A DNA stretch of 64,000 bases, from positions 53,940,001 through 54,004,000 of the forward strand of contig CM075983.1 of NCBI GenBank assembly GCA_038087875.1. Direction: 5' to 3'. Made by a program: the position numbers and the translations under genes. This DNA is from Malacoraja senta (Eukaryota). The notes below the pieces were generated by a model. That model did no database searches. It was given only the letters and a program-made list of their open reading frames with translations, and was not told the DNA's origin. Each line of letters opens with the position of its first letter. Position 1 is the first letter of the stretch. Below are positions 27,101 through 42,100 of this stretch, one piece after another.

Positions 27101-30100
27101 TGGGAGAAAGGAAAGCAGAATAAAAACAGATACATTGTTTTTGTCAGTATACAATTTAAACTGGGGTTTTGTATTTTTTTAATTTTTTTTTTATTTTTTT
27201 ATTTATTAGAAGTACAGTAAATTACAATAAATTATATTAATACACACCACATATATCTTATTACATTTAATGTACCCCTTCATTTATTAAAGCTATTAAG
27301 AAAAGATGGAAATTGAGAAAATAGAGAAAGTGAAAGAAAATAGTGTTAGTGTAAAAGCGTGACGAAAGGAAAGAAGAAAGACCCTTTAGACGAGAAATTA
27401 GAGAAAAGAAATTAAGAGATAGACCCTAGGAAAGAGAAAAGAAAAAAGAGAAAGTCAGATACTCTATTATGAACATCGCACAAAAGGGATATACCAGCTC
27501 GCCACTATTCATCCCCCTTTACCAAGTCCTGACAGTGCCTTTTTAAAGTACTGTTGCACCTTATGCTTGTAGTAATTCTATAAATGAAGACCACGTCCTA
27601 TAGAAGTGATCTGATTTGCCTGCCAGGAGGAGTCTTATCTCTTCCAGGTGTAATGTTTCAAACATATTTGAAATCCACATGTTTATTGTTGGTATAGGAG
27701 CGTTTTTCCAGAATTTTAGAATAAGCTTTTTTCCAGTTATTAACCCGTAATCAAATGGGTTCTTTTGAAACACATTTAGTTCAGGGCTACCTTCCGTTGT
27801 TCCAAAGATAATCCATTCTGCTTTTGGTATCAGTTTTATTTTAAATAATTTTGTAAAGATTTCAAAAATTTCAATCCAAAATTTTTGAATTTTTATACAA
27901 AAGACAAATGAATGCGCTATAGTAGCTTCTTGAGACTGGCATTTATCACAGATAGGTGATACGTTGGGAAAAAGTTTACTTATTTTGTTTTTTGAGTAGT
28001 ATAATATGTGTAAAATTTTAAATTGGATTAAAGTGTGTCTTACATTAATCGAGCATTTGTGCACATTTAATAAATGTTCATCCCACCTCTCTTTTGAAAT
28101 TTTAATAGCTAATTCTTGTTCTCAGTCTCTTCTAATACCATCCGTTGCTGGTATTTCTACATTTAAAATAATATTATACAAATATGATATTAAGTTTGCT
28201 GATTCGGCTTTTGTCTTCATTGCTTCGTCCAGTAAATCTAATGGCATATTGTAATAATCTTGTGTATATTTTTTCAGATAATCACATATTTGAAAATATT
28301 TAAAATATTGATTGTTTCCCAGATTATATTTTAGTTGTAATTGTTGGAATGATAGTAATTTTCCAGTTTCATACAAGTCTCCAAGCATTTTAATTCCTAT
28401 TCTTTCCCATTGTGTAAATGATTTGTCTATAATGGAGGGTTTAAACGAAGGGTTATTAGCTATTGGAGATAAGAGCGATAGATTTCTTAATTTTAAATTA
28501 TGTTTTATTTGTTTCCAAGTTCTAATTGTACTATGTATGATTGGATTTTTGTTATAGTTTGTGTTATTCAACTTCATTGGTGAGAGGAGGATCGCTCCAA
28601 CATTACAAGGGGAGCAGTCCTCTCTCTCCATTATAATCCAATCCACCTGCTGGGCAGAGTTGTCCAGCAGTTGAATCATATTTTTAATATTTACTGACCA
28701 ATAATAGTACATAAAGTTAGGGAGTGCTAAACCACCTAATAATTTAGGTTTGTTCAAATGTGTTCTTTGTATTCTATGGGATTTATAATCCCATATAAAA
28801 TTTGTAATGTCTGAATCCACCCGCTACCCAGACGCTAGCAGGTCGCGTAAATGGCACGCGAATCACGGCCAAGTGGGACAGGCCCTTGAGTCTTTTTTTC
28901 CCTGACTCTGTCTGAAGAAGGGTATCGACCCGAAACTTCACCTATTCCTTTTCTCCTGCGATGCTGTCTGACACGCTGCGTTACTCCAGCTTTTTGTGCG
29001 TATCTTCGGTTTAAACCAGCATCTGCAGTTCTTTCCGACACGTTTCTGCACTTTCTGCTGAAATCTTTCTTGGGTTCTTTCTGCTAAAACACACCTTTAT
29101 TGTTGAAGACTCAAATCGTGCTCATATGTTATTTTCAGTTATCAAGTCTAATTATTAAATTAACTGTACTTCGTGTCCTGAAAATACTGGCTTCGTTTAC
29201 TTGAAAAAATTAAGTTGCGTAATATCCGCATGACTGCATTGCCCTGAAGCAATTTGCTCTTCTTTCCTGTTAGAATAAATCTCATTATACAGCACGGTGT
29301 GTCATTTTCTATTCTACAAGTTTGGATTTTTTTGTTTTAAAATTATAAGCTCTGCGGTGATTTTTAATTTTAAGTGCTAACTTAAGATAATGTGTATTTG
29401 TTGAAACTTAATTTCAGTATCATACTGACTTTGTTTTTAACAAGAAACCCATGTTTAAAAAAAAAATTGCACTGCCTTTGGCTGCAAGCCTACCTCAATG
29501 TCACCATGCAGCAAGATTTTCCTTGTAGTTCTCTCTAATATATAGTTTTCTTTGTACAGTGCCCTCCATTTTTATACATTTTGGTTTCACCATGCAGAAA
29601 TGTTTGGGGCACAGCAATGTCTTGTAAATTAAAGTAGTCATGTTTAGTATTTTGTTGCATATCCTTTGCATGCAATGACTGCTTGAAGTCTGTGATTCAT
29701 GGACATCGCCAGTTGCTGGGTGTCTTCTCTGATGATGCTCTGCCAGGCCTGTATTGCAGCCATCTTTAGCTTATGCTTGTTTTGGGGGCTAGTACCCTTC
29801 AGTTTTCTCTTCAGCATATAAAAGGCATGCTCAATTGGGTTCAGATCGGGTGATTGACTTGGCCACTCAAGAATTAACCTTTTTTTTGCTTTGAAAAACT
29901 CTTGTTGCTTTAGCAGTATGTTTGTGATCATTGTCTTGCTGTAGAATGAAAAGCCGGCCAATGAGTTTTGAGGCATTTGTTTGAACTTGAGCAGATAGGA
30001 TGTGTCTATACACTTCAGAATTCATTATGCTACTACCATCAGCAGTTGTATCATCAATGAAGATAAGTGAGCCAGTACCTTCAGCAGCCATACATGCCCA

Positions 30101-33100
30101 GGCCATAACACCCCCACCACCGTGTTTCACAGATGAGGTGGTATGCTTTGGACCTTGGGCAGTTCCTTCTCTCCTCCATACTTTGTTCTTGCCATCACCC
30201 TGATACAAGTTAATCTTCGTCACATCTGTCCACAAAACCTTTTTCCAGAACTGTGGTTGCTCTTTTTAAGTACTTCTTGGCAAACTGTAACCCGGCCATC
30301 CTATTTTTGCGGCTAACCGGTGGTTTACATCTTGCAGTGTAGCCTCTGTATTTCTGCTCATGAATTCTTCTGCGGACAGTGGTCATTGACAAATCCACAT
30401 CTGTCTCTTGAAGAGTGTTTCTGATCTGTCAGAATTTGAATGGGTGTTTGGAGATTTTTCTTTATTATAGAGAGAATTCTTCTGTCATCAGCTGTGGAGG
30501 TCTTCCTTGGCCTGCCAGTCCCTTTGCGGTTAGTAAGCTCACCAGTGCACTCTTCTTAATAATATTCCAAACAGTTGATTTTGATAAGGCTAAGGTTTGG
30601 CTGATATCTCTTAACAGTTTTATTCTTGTTTCTCAGTCTCATAATGGCTTCTTTGACTTTCATTGGCACAACTTTGGTCCTTATGTTGATAAACAGCAAT
30701 AAAAGTTTCCAAAGGTGATGGAAGGACTGGAGGAAAGACTAGGTGCTGAGAGCTCTCTTATACAGTACCTGCATTAAGGAGGCAATTAAACACACCTGAG
30801 CAATTACAAACGCCTGTGAAGCCATGTGTCCCAAACATTATGGTGCCCTAAACTGGGGAGACTATGTATAAACACTGCTGTAATTTCTACATGGTGAAAC
30901 CAAAATGTATAAAAATGGCCTTTATTAAAATCTGACAATTTGCACTTTAACCACATGTGATTTTTTTCCATTACAACTCTCAAATTGTGGAGTACAGAGG
31001 CAAATAAATAAATGACGGGTCTTTGTCCCAAACATTATGGAGGGCACTGTATGTATTCTGGCAATATGTATATATATTTTGCATTTTAATTTAACTTAAA
31101 TATGCTCATTTTGTCAAATTGACCATCATATTACCCTTCAGCAGGGTCAGATTTCATCAATAGATCAGATAATCTTTTGTGGATTGTTATCCTAGCCTTT
31201 TTAGCTTGCTGAGCTTGCAGCTTAGCAAACAGAACTCACAGAGCAGAAAATGCTTGTTGACCAAACTTGATTTTGCTACCAGGTTCTCTCTTATTTCATG
31301 TCCATTAATGTGGGGCTGTGTCACCTAAAGCTTTATCTAACAAATGAATAGGTCAACTTTGTGGGAAGAGATCAGCATTTGATCAAAACCTCCTTGAAGA
31401 AATGCAACCTCCATTGACTCCTGGGCATCACTGGCTCAAGACCACTAAAAGAGAAGGATCACTTGGAATAGTATGGAGAAGTTAAGTTGCAGGCCATGCA
31501 TGGACAGTGTAGAGAGGCTCAATGTAAGTGGCAATAGGAGGTCATCGCCTGTCCTGTCTGTAGAACAACGTGCAGTTTTCACGTTGGCCTCATTAACCGC
31601 TTCAGTAGCATGAACCATCTCAGCAGTGATGAGGAGAATACTGGCAGTAGTAGGGAATCCTAAATGACAAGATATTGTGCTTCTGGTCAGAAGAAAGTGG
31701 AAGAGGTCAGATACAGGCATCAAGAAAATCCAAATAAATTTTATGTACTGTATATTCAGAGGAAAAGGATAACTGCAGAGAGAATAGGGCCCCTCTAAGA
31801 CCAAAGACCACGTCTATGTGTAGAGCTGCAGGAAATGGGCATTACAATAGAGGAAGTGTTGGTCGTTTTAATATCTACAAAATTAGATAAGTCTCCAGTG
31901 CCTGAACAGGTATATAAAAGAACACTGGAAAGTAAGAAATTTCGCAAGCTGTGGCTGAGATATATGCATCATCTTTAGCCAAGGATGAGGTGCTAGTGGA
32001 CTGGAAAGTAGCTGATGGAGTGCCTTCACTTAAAGGGGACTGCAAAGGGAAGCCTGGGAACTATAGACTAGCAAGTCTGACATCTGTGATGGGTAAGTTA
32101 CAGGAGGGGATTCTGACGGATAAGATATACTTGCATTTGGTAATACAGCTGAGGTAGTTTGTTTCCAGTCCGAAGCAGTCACTGGACAGTTTAAAAATGA
32201 GCCATTTGATTGGCTCATTGAGAGGTACAGAAGCCAATAGGAAGGGAAGGTATAGCAATGCAACTTAATTGGAATGGCCATGTTGGGTGAGGCTGTCGAT
32301 GCTGAGGCTTTGGCTCGTGAGGGTAAAATATGGTGAGGTCTTGTTCTTTCACAAGTTCTTCCAGTGGTAGTGCTGAGAAGATGGAAGTTGGAGCATTGGT
32401 ATGCTTCACCCTGCAGGTTCCTAGGAGGTTGTGTTGCCTCCTTCGTGTCAGGGTCCAGGATGTCTCGGAGAGGACACAAAACATTCTTGAGGGAGGGTGA
32501 GCAGCACAAAGGCGTGTGAACATTGGCAGAAAAGCGAAGGGGATGGTCCTGCAGTGTGACTATCGGGAGGACATAGCAGGACCCCAAGTGTAGCAATCTC
32601 CAGATAACATAGAACAGTACAACACAGGAACAAGCCCTTTGGCCCACAATGTTTGTGCTGAACACAAGGCTAAGTGAAACTGATCTCATCAGCCTGTACA
32701 TGATCCATATCTCTTTATTCATTGTACTTCCATGTGCCTATCTAAAAGCCTCTTGAACACACTATTGTGTCTACATCTACCACTGACCCGGCAATGCATC
32801 CCAAGCCCCCAGTACTCTCAGTGTAAATAAAAACTACTCGCCTTTCATGTCCCCATTAAACTTTCCACAGTCTCCATTAAACTTTGCCCCTCACACCTTG
32901 ATCGTCCTTTTGTGTTGGACATTTCCACCCTGGAAAATAGTCCTGACTGTCTACCCTATCTATACCTCTCATAATTTTATATGTTTCTATCAAGTCACCC
33001 CTCATTCCAGAGAAAACAGTCCAAGTCTATCCAGCTATCTGTTGTTGAAACCCTCTGACCCAGGCAGCATTCTGGAAAACTTCCTCTACACCCTATCCAG

Positions 33101-36100
33101 AGCCTCCACATCTTTTCTGTAATGGGGCAACAGAACTGCACGCAATACTCCAAATGCGGCCTAAACCAAAGTCCTAGAGAGTTGCATCATGACTTCCTGA
33201 CTCCTGTATTCAATGTCCCTAGCAGTGAAGACAAGCATACTTTACGCTGCCTTTATCCCCCTTGTGCTGCCTTCTTTCGTGAGCTATGAACTTGAGCTCC
33301 AAGATTGCTCTGCACATCAATACTGCAAATGATCTTGCCATTTACTGTGTATTCTCTCCTTGCATTCAACCTCTTGAAAATCCAGCACACCACTTTCTGG
33401 AGTTAAACTCCACCTGCCATTGGTCCACTCATTCAATCAAGTTTGTGGGACGTGACCTGTCGCGTACAATGCCGTGTTGGCTTTCCCAAAGTAGCTCATT
33501 CTCTTCCAAATGGGAGGAAATCCTATCGTAAAGAATTCCCTCCCATAGTTTCACGACCACTGTTGTGAGGCTCAACTGTCTATAGGTCACTGCATTCACT
33601 CTGCTTCCATTCTTAAACAAAGGAACAACATTGGCCATTCTCCAGTCCTCTGGGACCTCGCCTATGGCTAGAGAAGAAACAAAGAACCTTGTCAGGGACC
33701 CTGCCATCTCCTCTAGCCTCCCTCAATTACCTGGGATAGATGCCATCAGGCCCTGTGGATTTATCCACCTTAATGTTCTTCAAGAGCCTCAGCATCACCT
33801 CCTTCTCGATCTCAAACTGCCCTAGCCTATTTGTACTCTCCACACTGTTCTCCGTGAATGCAGACGCAAAGTACTCATTTCCTACCTCGTCTACATCCTC
33901 CAGCTCCAAGCATAGATTCCCTCCTTTCTCATTGAGCGGTCCTACCTTCTCCCTGGTCACCGTCTTATTTTTAAATTACGTATAAAAAAAACATGGGATT
34001 TTCCGCCAATGAAATTTCATGTCCCCTTTTGGCCTTTCTAATCGCCCAGGACCCTTCTTCAGACTGACTGTGTTGGGGAGAGGAGTGATGGTTGGAAGAG
34101 AAGTTGGGGGCAGGGCAAATCCTGGTGAGTGATGGGTGGATACAGGTGAGTGGGCTTTTTGATCAGCAAATGGTTGGACAAAGGCTAGTGTTGAAAAGAC
34201 AAAATATGTGAGATAAGGATAGAGGAGGTGAGAATTGTGAAGTCAGAGGAAGGAATATGGATGGAAAGGGAGAAATGGGTGTGAGTCCAGAGGGGGCAAA
34301 GAACAAAGGGGTAAAAATTAAATGGGGGGGGGGGTATTGTTTGTAGGTTAGATATCTAAAATTTGAGAATTCAATGTTCATACCGTTAGGTTATAAACTA
34401 TCCAAGCAAAATATGAGGTGTTGTTTCTCCAGTTTGCATATGGCCTCACGCTGGCAATGGAGGAGGCCCAGGGCACAAATGTCAACATGGGAATGGGACG
34501 ATGAGCGAAAATGGTTAGCAACTGGGAGATCTAGAAGGCCTCACAGTGCCAGTAATCAGATCACGTTTGGTCTTGCTGATATGAAGAGGTCACATTCGGA
34601 ACACTGAATGCAGTAGATGAGGTTAAAGGAGATATCTCCATGGTTTTTGATTGTTTTGAATAAAGATAAATCTGGATGTTGGATTAAGATAATAAATTAC
34701 AGTAAAACAGTTTACAACATTATTAGGCAGGAGCTCAAGAGAGTAAATTTGGAGCCGTTATTGGGTTAGTCTATACCTGACATGTGCGAGTCAATTAGAG
34801 ACTAAACAGAATTACGGACTGGCATATTCTTGTGAGGAAGACTAAGGATGCAAGATAAAGGACCCTGGGATGACCAAAGAGGTTATAAATGGTTAAAATG
34901 AAAAAGGAAGTATATGCAAGGTTTCGGAAAATGCACTCAAACAGGGCATTTAAGGGATATAGAGCAAGCAGCCAAAAAGGGCCATGAAATGCATTGACAA
35001 GAGGTCATTAAGCTAAAAACAGTGCAAAAGAAGATTTGAGGATGTTGCCAGGACTCGAGGGACTGAGTTACTGGGAGAGGTTGTGAGAGATGCATGAAAT
35101 CATGAGGGGCATAGTTAGATTTAATGCAACCATAGGTTAGGGGAATCAAGAAATACATAGTTTGGGTTTAAATTGAGAAGGGAAAGATTTAATGGGAACC
35201 CAAGGTGCAATTTCTTCAGATGTGTTCCGTTCATCAATTACATTATATCCAATTAGCGTTATGCAAACATGCCAGGTAACAAAACAATCTCTGCTTTAAA
35301 TTGCAGTACAAGCCTATTTGCTTTATGGTGAAATATTTGGAGCAATTTTGAAATGTGCTTTGAGCATGGTTTTATTTAGGGCAAAGGTCTTTAGAAAAAA
35401 TGATGAATGCTTCCTTATGAACTTATTGGATTGTTAATGAAATATTATTTTGCTGAGAATAGATCTGCAACCTTTTCTCAATGTTGCCATTACAATCCCA
35501 TAGGTTGAATGAAAGAAGCATCCAACATCGCAACGTTCTCAGCTATGCTACAGGTTTCCAGGGTTGTTTATTTTATTTTATCAACTTTCTGCTTGGATGT
35601 CCATTTATGAATAGAAAAGGATTGGACAGCCCAACATATCCATACCACTTCATCATCCTCAAGCCTCTCTTAACTATTGACTTTTTAATCTATTTAATGC
35701 TTGTGCATTATTTTAAAAAAAAATCCCAACTTAAATGGATCTAGTTTAGTTTAGAGAGACAGAGTGGAAATTGTCCCTCTGGTCAAGGCCATAAGTGGTG
35801 GTGGCCCGTCGGTAACGACGATGGCAGATTGTGCAGTCTCAATTCTGGTGAGTTCTCACATGGCTCACGAGTCCAATTCGTGAACAGCACACTCGAGGGC
35901 AGTGGGGGCAGATGAAGGTCATCGTTGGCGGGTTCTGGGCGGCACCCTTCCTCCTCTGCCTGGCTTTGGTAAGTCGCTCTAGGTGGCGCTCCTCGAAGCT
36001 GCTAGTTGCTGTTCGCACTGCTGCGCGCCAGCGTGTTCTGTCACTGGCGCAGGCTTCCAGTGGCTTGGGCGCAAGACCACAATAGTGGAGATGGTCCTTG

Positions 36101-39100
36101 ACGCAATCTTTGTACCGCTTCCTGGCACGCCCACTGTTTCTTTGTTCCTGGGAGACCTGTCGATGCATGCGGGTTTCAACCATCCCGTTGACGTGCCCAG
36201 TCCATCGGAGCTGTGCTTTGATGATCATTGCCCTGATGCTTGTGATACATCGATGCTCGATGGTTGGGCACTTTGTCCTGCCAGCGAATGCCCATGATGG
36301 ACCATAACGAGCGCATATGCAGAGCTGCCAAGTAGTACGGATTTTCCGTATTTTGTACGGAAATGCTATAAGAATACGGATGTACGGATTTGCTTTGTAA
36401 AATACGGATTTTTTTAAAAACGGCGCAACTTCCTGTTTCAACTTGCTGCTTAAAAAATGCAAGGATATAAAAAGTCATACTGTAACTCTAAAAATTATAG
36501 CAAAATAAATCTATTCGTATTTTAAATTTCAAGATCTGGATGATTATTTTTGTAAGCTTTGATCTGCCTGTCCCGCTACAGGTTTAAACAGTGCTGTTAA
36601 TTTAGCGTGTGGGAATTTAAACGAACAGCGCTATGGGTTCTAATTATAGCGCTGCCAGCTGGAGCGCTATTGCCTTTACACACAGCACTATGGGCTTTAC
36701 ACATAGCGATATGGCCACAGCGCTGCGGGTCACAGACTGTTCGGGGAGGGAGAAGGATAGAGGGAGAGAGAGGGAGGGAATAAGAGAGGGAGGGAGAAAA
36801 AAAGGAAGGATAGGGAGGGAAAGTGGGAGGGAGGGAGAGGGAAGGAAAGAGAGCGAGGGAGGGAGAGGGAAGCTTCCAAAATGACTTCTACATCATCATC
36901 TGGTGCTAAAAGCAGGAAGCAGCCGTTCAAACAGAAGTATACAAAGAGATGGGAATGAATGCACTGTCAAGTAAGGTGCGTAGAAGACATGTCAATTGGT
37001 AGCAAAGTTATGCATTCCTGTACTCTTACATGGGTATGACTGCACATTAAATAAAAAAAAATTCAGCAAAATGGCACCGCGTAAAAATACTGATTTCCTC
37101 AGCAAAATACTGATTTTCAGGTCCTAGAATACTGAAATGCTCTGACAAAACTTGGCAGCTCTGCATATGGAAATCCTCAAGTTGACGGATGTGGCTCCGA
37201 TACAAGGTCCACGTTTCACAGCCATAGAGCAGGCTGGAAAGCTTTGTAAACGTAAGTAATAGGAGCAGGATTAGGCCATTTGGCCCGTCAAGTCTACTCC
37301 ACCATTCAATCATGGCTGATCGATCTCTCCTAACCCCATTCTCCTGCCTTCTCCCCATAATCCCTGACATCCGTACTAATCAAGAATCTATCTCAGCTTT
37401 AAAAGTATCCATTGACTTGGCCTCCACAGCCTTCTGTGACAAAGAATTCCAAATATTCACCGCCCTCTGACTAAAGAAATTACTTCTCCTCTCCTTCCGA
37501 AAGGAACGTCCTTTAAATCTGAGGCTATGACCAATAGCCCTAGACTCTCCCACTAGTGGAAATATCCTTTCCACATCCACTCTATTCAAGCCTTTCACTA
37601 TTCAATACATTTCAATGAGGTCCCCACCTCTTCTAAACTCTAGCAAGTCGAGGCCCAGTGCTGTCAAACGCTCATCATAAGTTAACCCACTCATTCCTGG
37701 GATCTTTCTTGAAAACCTCTGGTCCCTCTCCATTTCTCGGATATAGTGCCCAAAAATTGCTTTCAATACTCCAAATGCGGCCTGACCAGCACCTTATAGA
37801 GCCTCAGCATTACATCCCTGTGGTCCATGCCGACCAACGATCATCATGCACTATTTCTATCCTACACACTAGGGACAATTTACAGAAGCCAATTTACAGA
37901 AGCCTACAAATTTACTTGTCTTTGGAATGTGGGAGGAAACCGGACACCTGCAGACAGCACCCGTAGTCAGGATTGAACCTGGGTTTCTGGAGCAGTAAAG
38001 GGCCTGTCCCACTTAAGCGATTTTATTTCGGTTACAGGTGACATGGTCGCAGGATGACGCCTGTATGGTCGGGAGTTGTCTCCTCAAGTCACCTAAAGAG
38101 TCGTAACATTTTTTCTTGTCGCCGCTGGATTTTGAAATGTTTAAAACTGTTCGGCGACTGTGCTTGACATAGCTTGTCTTTTCCTGTCGCAGGTTGTCGC
38201 CAGGATGACGCAGGTTGCCGCCAGGTGACGTAGGTTGTCGCCGGGTGATGACTTCAGTGAATTCCATTGGCGACTACCTATGTCAACTGGCGACAGGTAC
38301 CTGCGACTGAGTTGTCTTCAGTTGTCGCTGACAAGGTCGTAACTTGTCGTGGATGGACGTAGGTTGACTTCGGTTGTCGCCTATGTGGTTGTGGGTGTGG
38401 TCATAGGTGGACGTCCTAATGGGTGGATGGTTGTGGTAGCTTGATGTCGACTAGGTGGTAGGTTGTCGTAGACATTGTCGAAGGGGGGGTCCAGTGGCCG
38501 TTTTTTCGGCGACCTGCTACGACTGTGACTGTCGCCAGCAGTCGCCGCAAAAATCGCCTAAGTGGGACAGGCCCTATAGGCAGCAACTTGACCGTTGCAC
38601 CAATTTGCTGCCCAACATTATGTTGTACGCTGTATTTGTTTTTGGACTTTTTGCTATGTTTGATTCCTGAAAAAATAATGGCAGGAAATTTCATGGGGAT
38701 TAAATGAAATTGAAGCCCAGATTGTTAACAGGTACACCTCAGCAGGTAAGGCATCACCAGCATTTCAATTAACTAATGCAAAAACTGTTCCCTTTTCAGA
38801 AAACTACTTCCTCACATCTTAGAAAAATCAATCTTCAACATTTTCCAATAATTCTAATTGCACACGGTTTTTTGTGATTCGTTTTGCTTATTTATTGTCT
38901 TTGCTCTATTGTTCATGAATCCTGATAAGACAGAAGAAATTTGAAAGCAATTATTGTGAAGTCAAGATCAAATATTAACCTTGTACATATACTGGTGATT
39001 AAATACGAGAGGCATATAAAGTTTAAGCCGTAAGTTAACATTTTAAGTTAGAATGATTTAATCAGAATTTATAATTCTTAAAAATAATGTAATAAATATC

Positions 39101-42100
39101 TATGTTGTACTTATGATTGTTTTTCCCTTTTAAAATAGGATTGGGTGCAGCAGTGTTCTTTAGTACATATTAATCAAACTGCTGCTGTCTGGTTCTTTGT
39201 TGTTACAATCAGACATGTAAATACAGTGAAGCAATGATAGCTATTAGCTGTTGTAGTGAATTAAATCTTTACTACCAACTTTTTACAGCATCAAGGACTT
39301 GACATTTCAAAGTGCCTCCAGGACCTTTATTCAGAGAACTGTAAATCAGTCAAATTATTCACTCGGTGTAATGTTCAACCTTTTGTAATGTTTTGTTCTT
39401 GTGTCGTTGCAGCTTATGAATGTGATGGTTCCTTTCATGTTTAAATATGCAGTAGATGATCTCAACCAAATGTCAGGTAGTGTTTTGAACCTGAATGATG
39501 CAACAGGCACAGTCATCACTATGGCAACAGCTGTTCTCATTGGCTGTAAGTAAAGTATTTTATTTTTCTTGACAGATGTTAACTGACTCGCAGGCACCAG
39601 CAAATATTTCTGGTGATTAGAAATGCCGTGATTTGTTTTCACTTTGCATACATTCATATTGTAATAGTGGAGGCTGTTACTGCAATGATTTGTTGAGAAT
39701 TTATAGATCATTATATCAAAATGAGTCGTGTAAATGTTTCAAATGAAAATAAACAGAATACATTAATATAAAGTGAGACATGCATGTGGCAGGTAACTCT
39801 CTGAAGGAACAATAGATCTGGCTTAAAATGTGTACTCAAACAGGCAAATATTGTAAATTGATTAGGTTAGATCTTCATTCCCCCATACAATAGCTCCTTG
39901 TCATGATTGTTCAACCATTCTGTTAGAAGTCCGAATGGTTTCATGGAACACTTTAGTGTATTGTACCTAGACTGGATATTTGGGGGAGCTATCTAGTACA
40001 GTGCCTCTGCATTCTCTCTATTACCAAGTTCAATTTCCGTCTGTTCAAATAGATGCTCAGAGGAAGGCATTCAAAACCAGGTAGTAATGTGGACATCCAG
40101 AATAAATATAAAGGAGTTAGCATGGAAATAGCATTACATATACAGTGTTATTGAAATAACTTGCCAATAATTGGCATAAGTATCCCAGAAACATTTCAAT
40201 TTATAATGGTGGTCACACTTTTTTTCTCTCACTGAGACATTTGATTTCTTACTGAGTTAAGATTTTCAGATACCAGTTGTCATCCATAACATTATATAAA
40301 TTGTTATTTTTCATGAGATACGTGCTGAGCAGGAGCAAGTTCTGCCAATAATTGGATGGATCCAAGCAGAGTTATCCTGTCTTCAGACAGCATCTTCACA
40401 TGCACTTCTAGCAATTGATTTTAGAATTCTACATTTCTAGAAACAACTTTAAAATGCCGAAGTACATTTTAAAAAGGTAACTTGAAACTTCTGAATTTCC
40501 TTGCAGATGGAGTTTCTAGGGTTTGTGCAGCAGGCTTCAACGAGCTGAGGAATGCTGTCTTTGGCAAAGTAGCTCAAAGTTCCATCAGGCGAATTGCTAA
40601 AAATGTTTTCCTCCATCTGCACAACTTGGATTTGGGTTTTCACCTCAGCAGACAGACGGGTGCACTCTCAAAAGCTATAGACAGAGGAACTAGAGGAATC
40701 AGTTTTGTGCTCAGTGCATTGGTATTTAACCTGGGTCCCACCACATTTGAAGTGCTGCTTGTCAGCAGCATTTTGGTAAGTGATGTGTATTTAAACTGTT
40801 TGGGTACTCTGCTGAAATGCCATAGACCACGTTATCATTAAACAGCTGTTGGGTAATATTGGGACTTTTATTTATATTCTGTATACCCTCAGTTGTGTGT
40901 TACTAATATGCAAGAGTGTAAGGCTGGAAACCTTCCCTTGATTCTTATTACACAGTAATAATCTTGGTTTGGTTTAGTTTAGAGATACAATGCGGAAACA
41001 TCAAGTCCGCACCAACCAGCAATCCCAGCACATTAACACTATCTTACACTATGGACAATTTTTAAAAAACATTTATAAAGCCAATTAACCTACAAACCTG
41101 TACATCTTTGGAGTGTGGGAGGAAACCGAAGTTCTCAGAGAAAACCTAAGCAGGTCATGGGGAGAATGTACAAACTCCGTACAGATAAGCATCCGTAGCC
41201 AGGATCGAACCTGGATCTCTGGCGCTGTAAGTGCTGTGAAACAGTAACTGCCACTGTGCTGCCCATTCGGAAACCCAGTTGAAGAGCTGGATCCAAAAAG
41301 GTTCAAATGTGATGAAGCAAATGTGAAAATAGCGATGTGCAGGGAGGGACTGCAGATGCTGGTTTAAACCAAAGATAGACACAAAAAGCTGGAGTAACTC
41401 AGCCCATCAGGCAGCATCTCTGGAGAAAAGGTATAGGTGACGTTTCGGGTCGAGACCCTTCTTCAGATTCTTCAAAATAGTGATATTCAGATTTGTGTAA
41501 GACATATACTAGTATGCAAATAATATTTAATGATGCACAATGAATTTTGGTATCTATAATCTATATTTTTCTTTACATTAATCCCATTAATTTTTAATGT
41601 TTTTTTAATTTTTAATCATCTCTTATTTCCAACATAGAAACATAGAAAATAGGTGCAGGAGTAGGCCATTCGGCCCTTCGAGCCTGCACCGCCATTCAAT
41701 ATGATCACGGCTGATCATCCAACTCAGTATCCCGTACCTGCCTTCTCTCCATACCCCTTGATCCCTCTAGCCACAAGGGCCACATCTAACTCCCTCTTAA
41801 ATATAGCCAATGAACTGGCCTCAACTACTTTCTGCGGCAGAGAATTCCACAGATTTACCACTCTCTGCATGAAAAAAAAAAGTCTCATCTCGTTCCTAAA
41901 AGACTTCCCCCTTATCCTTAAACTGTGACCCCTTGTTCTGGACTTCCCCAACATCGGGAACAATCTTCTTGCATCTAGCCTGTCCAACCCCATAAGAATT
42001 TTGTGATTTTCTATAAGATCCCCCCTCAATCTTCTAAATTTTAGCGAGTACAAGCCGAGTCTATCCAGTCTTTCTTCATATGAAAGTCCTGCCATCCCAG

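Noticed and set aside
41195-41263. tRNA gene
   Set aside because: The A/B boxes belong to a SINE head; no full cloverleaf, and it continues into SINE body and tail.
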